DNA of 19,993 nucleotides, taken from positions 1 through 19,993 of the forward strand of contig JAZDGU010000024.1 of assembly GCA_043806595.1 (NCBI GenBank), given 5' to 3'. The notes beneath the pieces are model-generated. The model saw nothing but the letters and a program-made list of their open reading frames with translations. It had not been told where the DNA came from and made no database searches. Shown here piece after piece: positions 15,501 through 19,993 of the stretch. Both the position numbers and the translations under genes were made by a program. This DNA is from Candidatus Micrarchaeota archaeon. GTDB taxonomy: Archaea; Micrarchaeota; Micrarchaeia; Norongarragalinales; SBBD01. The stretch's first letter is position 1. Every line of letters starts with the position of its first letter.

Positions 15501-17760
15501 TTCCTCGCAGTGCCCCGAAGGCCAGGACTGCGTCGGCGGGGAATGCCGGCCCCGGCCGTGCACCACGGACTTCCAGTGCCTGAACGGCATGGTGTGCAAC
15601 CCGCCCGGCGTCTGCACCGAGCCGCCGACGCCGTGCTCGACCGCAGGCGACTGCTCGCCGGGCTACTGCGACTCTGCAACGAACCTCTGCGTCTTCCCCT
15701 CCCCGACGCCCGTGCCGACCGGAACAACCTCGCCTACGCCGACGGCGTCGGCAATCCCCTGCGCCTACAACTGGGAGTGCTACCCGCAGACCTGCAATAC
15801 GGCCGCCGGTCAATGCAACGCCGCGACCGCGACCCCGGTTCCGACCTCCACTGAACCCGCTTCCCCGACTCCTTCGGAAGACCCGACTGCCACACCAAGC
15901 CCCGACCTGACCATAGACATCGTCAACGGCCGCCTCGTTTCCAGCGTCAATTCAATCGCGATGAAGGTGGACGCGGTGATGCCCGCGGATGCGGCGGTCA
16001 TCAAAATCACGGCGAAGTGCCGCACACCTTTCGTCGCCGTCGATTCCGAGAAGGGCACGTCCTCGTGCTATTCCTTCGCAGGCTCAGTCCTCAAGTTCGC
16101 CTCACAAGCTTTCAACGGACAGTGCCCGCTCGCGTTCAAGGGCGACAAGCTCGAGGCCGACGAGGGCAAGCTCAGGATTTCGTGCACCGGCGACGCCGCG
16201 AACACCCTCGAGATCCCCATCCGCGTCACCGTCGACGACAGCGTCAAGGCGGTATACATCCGCCCGGCCGCGCTTTCCGGCTCGTCCTCCAAGCTCTTCC
16301 ACATCGTCAGCCAGACGCAGGCGAGGCGCGAGCTCAGCCTCAACAACGACCTTCGTTCCAGCTTCGAGAAATCAAATGCGCTGACGTACGCGTGGTCCGG
16401 CAGGGACGGCAAGGTGTCCGCCACCGAGAACGGCGGCCTCGCCGGCGAAGTCTTCTACGGCCCGATTGAGACGTACTTCCCGAACATCGACGACCAGGGC
16501 GGCCGCGTCGAGAGCTGCAGCGACTTCTTCTGCTGCGCCGAAGGCTGGTGCACCGCGGGCGCCGCGGGGCAGGCGTTCGGCTTCTTCAAGCAGGCGGCGA
16601 AAGCCGTTGCGGACAAGACCGCGTTCCGCGACGGCCGGCGCCTGCCGCTGAAACACTTCACGGACAAGCCGTTCGTCTACACCACGGTCATGCGCCTCGT
16701 CGAGGGCGCCGCCCTTCCCAGCGGCATCTACGCCGCGGATTCGCCGGGCGCCTACGGCTGCAAGGCCAGCAACCCGAAGGCGTACGTCGTGCAGGCCTCC
16801 TCCTACGACGGCGAGTCGTGGGACTACGTCGCGCGCATCGCGCGCCTCTACCGCTACAACTACGTCTCGCCGCCTGCGGGCGGCCCGCAGTGCCCGTCCT
16901 CGGATTCGACGCCTGCGCTTGCAGGCAGCAACGTCTACCCGCCGCAGCAGTCCGGCGGCTTCCTCGCCCTCTGCGACTTCCTCACCGGCAAGCCCGAGTG
17001 CATAGACTCCACGGAGGACTCCACTCTTGCCAGCGCCGAGCAGGTGAAGGAGAAGAAGTCTCTCACTCCCATCCTCATCCCGAGCACCTTCTGGCAGATA
17101 CCCTTCAAGAAGCACTCCTGTGACGCCCTCGCGATTACTTTAACCACAGAATGGAACATCAAAATAGCGGTATGCAATCCATACCTGGCTTTGCCCGTTG
17201 GTGGCGAGTTGCTCTGGACATCATGTGCCATGCAATTCTGGGCAGAAACTCAAGCCGAAGCGGAGGCTGCGGGAGCGGCATTGACGACCGTGGACGTGGA
17301 CCTTCCCGGCGTATTTCCCCTTCTGCGGATTACCGGATTGGCTTGCCCTTGTTTTGTTCTTCCACCAATTCCGACTGGACCTAATGAAGTCATTTGCATT
17401 CCCACCTGCAAGGCCAAGCGCTCGTACGTCGTCTCCGGCATTTGCGGGAACAAATTATACGCAATAACCCACATGGGCGTCAACACTGCGTGCATGACCG
17501 ACTTCAAGATACTCGGCCTCGCCGCTGTCCAGCTCGGCGTGACCTACAAGTACCCCGAGTATAGCTCGTATATATCCATCTTGAGCACGCTGGCGACAAT
17601 CGAATGGGGCATCGAAGACCCTGAGACTCCCTTGGTCTTGAAGGCGCTCGAGAAAGTCCTCCCAATTAAGCTTTCGAAATCCCCGAGCATGAAATACGCT
17701 CTCTCCCAGGCCATCGAGAGCGTGTTCTACACGCAGTTGTGTAAAAAGCTCGGAGCATAA
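12511..17760 (+). CDS. Giant (1749 aa) membrane-anchored surface protein with tandem beta-sandwich (carboxypeptidase-regulatory/Cna-B-like) domains, Cys-rich repeats and Pro/Thr/Ser linkers
   Basis: N-terminal TM GLVVLAVLLVAAFAVAYLVI; repeated V.V.D..G.PV.GA.V....T...G units; seven 4-Cys modules at 15220-15816; PTPS-type linkers; TATA TTTTAAA at 12475-12481. Confidence 0.85.
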   Translation: MPMDLDEAREWFDETFESPATRGLVVLAVLLVAAFAVAYLVIRPFSGPKYSSLEVSVLSESGEAVPGALVRLFDSSGNLLEEQKTGADGTVSFASVPQRAFVRASKAGFEEASAAAVGGSIRLELPAEAGLPQKVSAEVLVSDSASGKPVAGAKVAFSVKGGKSAEASTDAGGKAVLSVPENRLISVSVSHPDYTGTTVSFQAKKQSKPIEIKLAKLPAGAARSTPRPAGTEFEFGSLEVTVSDGDGRPVDGAAVEISDASTNSPLDSKQTVNGRAVFDELAIGSGVFLSVTAEGFAASAGRQKLTIVRTTRYEVVLRREGESGSSFRVRTTDEAGEKIAAEVRFYSASMNRLLKRASGSGDASFSIEDAKSALGGEFSDSDSYYVSASFAGMLPAASERFPAPFSQDVTLQLKTAGDNAADLSVRALDEDRTPLSTASIRVSDYLGAILYEADSPDRTFLLATGEKYRVEIENAGRNGYGRVLLVGDMELDVWLGGQLAFLLVSAVDAFTGKPVKADFTSSYGDAEFDACTGTACFLRLNPFAEASVKAFAGGYETYETTSTAGAEDESLLELSLVPSESGKPVFVKLAGVFDALGQNVETIAAGMPYTAKILLSSKDALKTGVFFRVGEDGASSITSISGFSSKSTATEAVSSVSFNPSTPCRSADGIVKDAQWASVSYAGGVSEEVEFKFSLKQALAGKKTVTLHYRGFALQSGGAYARFPDDPDLGTSESTASKGGCYAEAFSAQFPLEELKDFKCKQLGCLSLTLEQDGLEGREGFQARTIPGCDSVCTDCENSCSLAALQAKFTFEPSPAYAASEFDFTVRHGGKLEFTGATVNNAALAGIQKSSATGTLSDTKTYDVSISSNPLAQGDETVTVELWKKDDEDRKMTDSVSFRILEGCGARMRRCDDGTCTYFCIPSITSSPTPSPEPTPRCPAGKTFCIDGVCRTDCGILSPSATPQPTVQPQACTEDYYCDTGYCNPQTHECDTRGCSSSSQCPEGQDCVGGECRPRPCTTDFQCLNGMVCNPPGVCTEPPTPCSTAGDCSPGYCDSATNLCVFPSPTPVPTGTTSPTPTASAIPCAYNWECYPQTCNTAAGQCNAATATPVPTSTEPASPTPSEDPTATPSPDLTIDIVNGRLVSSVNSIAMKVDAVMPADAAVIKITAKCRTPFVAVDSEKGTSSCYSFAGSVLKFASQAFNGQCPLAFKGDKLEADEGKLRISCTGDAANTLEIPIRVTVDDSVKAVYIRPAALSGSSSKLFHIVSQTQARRELSLNNDLRSSFEKSNALTYAWSGRDGKVSATENGGLAGEVFYGPIETYFPNIDDQGGRVESCSDFFCCAEGWCTAGAAGQAFGFFKQAAKAVADKTAFRDGRRLPLKHFTDKPFVYTTVMRLVEGAALPSGIYAADSPGAYGCKASNPKAYVVQASSYDGESWDYVARIARLYRYNYVSPPAGGPQCPSSDSTPALAGSNVYPPQQSGGFLALCDFLTGKPECIDSTEDSTLASAEQVKEKKSLTPILIPSTFWQIPFKKHSCDALAITLTTEWNIKIAVCNPYLALPVGGELLWTSCAMQFWAETQAEAEAAGAALTTVDVDLPGVFPLLRITGLACPCFVLPPIPTGPNEVICIPTCKAKRSYVVSGICGNKLYAITHMGVNTACMTDFKILGLAAVQLGVTYKYPEYSSYISILSTLATIEWGIEDPETPLVLKALEKVLPIKLSKSPSMKYALSQAIESVFYTQLCKKLGA
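15220..15816 (+). repeat. Intragenic array of 4-Cys modules with PT linkers
   Basis: Two C-x6-C-xDG-xC-x3-C units and five C-x5-C-x4/5-C-x4/6-C units, e.g. CTEDYYCDTGYCNPQTHEC and CSTAGDCSPGYCDSATNLC. Confidence 0.85.
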
Positions 17761-17821
17761 CGGCTTCCTCGTGCCGTATCGGCTGGATGCTTTTTAATCG
17801 CCGCGGACCATAACCATTCCC

Positions 17822-18961
17822 ATGCCAAAGCTGAGGAAAATCAAGGAAGGCAAGGCCGTGCTGCTCGTGCCAGAGCGGAGCGCGCGGGACCCGTTCCACT
17901 CCGACGTCTTCTACAACCCGGCGATGGAGTTCAACCGCAGCGTGTCCTCGCTCGCGCTCCAGGCGTCGCTTGAATTGCTGGAGTCGAAGCAGGCGCAAAT
18001 CGTCGACGGCTTGTCCGCGACGGGTGCCCGGGGAGTGCGGTATGCCTTGGAGAACAAGGGCGTCGGCAGGGTCTGGTGCGTCGAGGCCAATCCGTCGGCG
18101 GTCCGGTTGTTGAAGAAAAACATCGCGGCAAACAAAATGGGTGGGAAAGTTGTCTCTGTTGAAGGAGACCTCAACCGCTGGCTGTTGAATTCCGACGAAT
18201 TCTACGACTTCATCGAAGTCGACCCCTTCGGCTCGCCCGTCTATTACCTCGAGAACGCGGTCAAGAGGCTGAAGAAAAAGGCGGTGCTGTCCGTCACCGC
18301 CACCGATTTGGCGAACCTGTGCGGCGCGCGTGCGACCCCGTGCGTCAAGCACTACCAGGCAAGGCCGCTGAACAACGAGTTCTGCCACGAGAGCGCGCTC
18401 CGCATCCTCGTCGGCAAGATCGCGCGCGTGGCCATGGAATACGACTTCGGTGTGACGCCGCTTCTGTGCTTCTACCGCAGGCACTACGCGAAGGCTTTCA
18501 TCTTGTGCGAGAAGGGCGCGGTCAAGGCGGATGCGAACATCAATGGCTCCGGTTTCGTGTTGTACTGCCCGAAGTGCCTCTGGCGTTCGCAGTCCAAGAG
18601 GCTTCCCGGGGAATGCCCCGAGTGCAGCTCGAGGCTGGAATACGCCGGGCCGTTGTGGACCGAGGGCCTTCAGAGCAAGGATTTCCTGCATCGCGTCGCC
18701 AAACTGACCGCTTCCCGGAATTATACGGATGGCGCGGAAATATCGAAGCTGCTCGGCCTGCTCGGCGGAGAGGATGGCTTCCCGCCGTTCTTCTACGATT
18801 TGCATTTCATTTCCGGCAGGCTGGGCGTGCAGTCCCCGTCTTCTGATAAAGTGCTGACGGCGCTCCGGAAGTCCGGCTTTAAGGCAGAGCGGACGCACTA
18901 CTCCCCGACGGGTATCAAGACCGACGCGGGCATTTCCGCGGTCAAGAAGTCGGTCGCCTAG
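17822..18961 (+). CDS. trm1: tRNA (guanine-26-N2)-dimethyltransferase Trm1
   Basis: VFYNP.MEFNR, DGLSATGARGVRYA.E, VDPFGSP, VTATD, HE.ALRIL, CPKC/CPEC zinc site, GPLW, RTHYSPTGIKTDA. Confidence 0.96.
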   Translation: MPKLRKIKEGKAVLLVPERSARDPFHSDVFYNPAMEFNRSVSSLALQASLELLESKQAQIVDGLSATGARGVRYALENKGVGRVWCVEANPSAVRLLKKNIAANKMGGKVVSVEGDLNRWLLNSDEFYDFIEVDPFGSPVYYLENAVKRLKKKAVLSVTATDLANLCGARATPCVKHYQARPLNNEFCHESALRILVGKIARVAMEYDFGVTPLLCFYRRHYAKAFILCEKGAVKADANINGSGFVLYCPKCLWRSQSKRLPGECPECSSRLEYAGPLWTEGLQSKDFLHRVAKLTASRNYTDGAEISKLLGLLGGEDGFPPFFYDLHFISGRLGVQSPSSDKVLTALRKSGFKAERTHYSPTGIKTDAGISAVKKSVA

Positions 18962-19788
18962 CCGGAATTGGATGCAATCAGTCCGATGAGGCTGTAGACC
19001 GCCTGCTCGATGCTCGGGAAGAGCAGCACTCCGCGGGACGCCGCCTTCATGTCCTCCCACAGCGAGCTCCGCGCCACGAGTTCGGCGGTGTCCGTTCCGC
19101 GGATCAGGTCGCTTGAAATCGAGAGGGCGTTGAAGGTGACCGTGAACTCGCCTTGGTCGGCGGCGATGACCTCGTACTGCATCCGCTTGACGGAGTTGTG
19201 CGGCACGAAGACGCGCTTCTTGAACGTCCACGCCGCGGGAAGGCCTTTCGTGACTTCGATTTCGAACGCGTCGCTGGCGCTTCCGGTGTTGCTCAACTGG
19301 AGCGTATAGACCGCGGGCTGGTCGACGCCGCTGCCGACGGAGTCCTGCAGGACGTCGAACTTGAGGACGTCGCGCGTGACCTTGACCTTCGCGCGGAAGG
19401 ACAGCGGCTGCGGGCCGGTGTATTCCTCCACGGCCTGCAGGGAGAACCCGTATTCGCCGTCGTAGGCGTCCTTGGGCACTATCACGAACGCCTTCATCTT
19501 CCTCTCGTAGAACAGGCTGTCCTGGCTGGTCCACCCGCGGGGCAGGGACTCGGGAAGCACGTACATCCGGTCCCAGTATTCCTCGATGCCGCGGAAGTCC
19601 GCGTACCCGCTCGCCGTGGAAATCTCTATCTCTATCCTCTGGCCGGGCCCGACCACGCCGAGGTCGACAATTCCGCCCTCGCCGATTGTCACCTGCACGG
19701 GGTCGGTGACGATGATGTGCGCGGTTCCGGCCGCGGATGCGGCGGCGGTGAACGCAATCAGGATGAGCGCGAGCGCGTGGGCTTTCAT
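18958..19788 (-). CDS. Secreted or membrane-anchored protein with an Ig-like (CARDB/NEW3-like) domain
   Basis: Signal peptide MKAHALALILIAFTAAASA; YTLQLSNTGSASDAFEI....LPAAW pattern; hydrophobic C-terminus LLFPSIEQAVYSLIGLIA; 4-nt convergent overlap with trm1; TATA TTAAAAAA at 19833-19840 on the minus strand. Confidence 0.78.
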   Translation of the reverse strand: MKAHALALILIAFTAAASAAGTAHIIVTDPVQVTIGEGGIVDLGVVGPGQRIEIEISTASGYADFRGIEEYWDRMYVLPESLPRGWTSQDSLFYERKMKAFVIVPKDAYDGEYGFSLQAVEEYTGPQPLSFRAKVKVTRDVLKFDVLQDSVGSGVDQPAVYTLQLSNTGSASDAFEIEVTKGLPAAWTFKKRVFVPHNSVKRMQYEVIAADQGEFTVTFNALSISSDLIRGTDTAELVARSSLWEDMKAASRGVLLFPSIEQAVYSLIGLIASNSG

Positions 19789-19853
19789 GGGCCAACCCCT
19801 GTTTTCTTCGACAAGCGTATTCGGCTTGGCAGTTTTTTAACCCTTGCCCCGAC

Positions 19854-19993
19854 GGAACTGTCCGAAAGACTACTGATTTTTTTAGGGCAGGCGCCCCTTT
19901 GACTGATTAACCCATCTTTCAAAGAGGTGTCCGCTATGGAAGCCTGCCCTAAATGCCCGAACTGTCGTTCGGAACGAACCGTGCGAAACGGTT
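19854..19993 (+). mobile_element. Left end of an insertion sequence, probably IS6 family, truncated by the window
   Basis: GGAACTGTCCGAAAG (19854-19868) resembles IS6-family termini (IS26 GGCACTGTTGCAAA, IS257 GGTTCTGTTGCAAAG); followed by an SD and a zinc-ribbon ORF. Confidence 0.6.
19936..19993 (+). CDS. N-terminus of a zinc-ribbon transposase (partial)
   Basis: GAGGTG SD at 19924-19929; translates MEACPKCPNCRSERTVRNG, the CPxC.S...V(K/R)NG start seen in IS1 and archaeal IS6 transposases; absent from the ORF track because truncated. Confidence 0.68.
   Translation, partial: MEACPKCPNCRSERTVRNG

Noticed and set aside
17134..17760. Diversity-generating retroelement variable region
   Set aside because: No template repeat or reverse transcriptase in the window, and the anomaly is at third codon positions rather than the AAY-derived pattern. 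Cannot be excluded genome-wide.
17400..17821. Polymorphic toxin plus immunity pair
   Set aside because: No recognisable toxin motif, and the next gene is trm1 with no small immunity ORF in the 61-nt gap.
17666..19795. 709-aa minus-strand ORF and other long alternative-frame ORFs (e.g. 10345-11673, 6950-8503, 4398-5702, 8351-9478)
   Set aside because: Arg/Pro/Gly-rich or motif-free translations overlapping clear genes; expected from stop-codon scarcity at high GC3.

Overview
GC-rich archaeal chromosomal segment. Evidence for archaea: PDCD5-like protein, Hel308, archaeal-type Trm1, TATA/BRE promoters and GGTG Shine-Dalgarno motifs. A DPANN/Micrarchaeota-like origin is my inference only. Left to right it carries: two convergent type II toxin-antitoxin pairs (hicB-hicA and vapB-vapC) separated by a structured, palindrome-rich spacer; a PDCD5-like gene divergent from nadC; the purine cluster purS-purQ-purL followed by an apparent in-frame PurF-PurN fusion; a 661-aa orphan coiled-coil protein; hel308; a 1749-aa membrane-anchored Cys-rich surface protein; trm1; a convergent secreted Ig-like protein; and the left end of a probable IS6-type element cut by the window edge. 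Most notable: the PurF-PurN fusion, a 267-bp low-GC3 patch in the C-terminal domain of the giant surface protein, an alternative-pairing element between the TA loci, and a fold-back that masks the transposase ribosome-binding site. No tRNA, rRNA or CRISPR array was seen.
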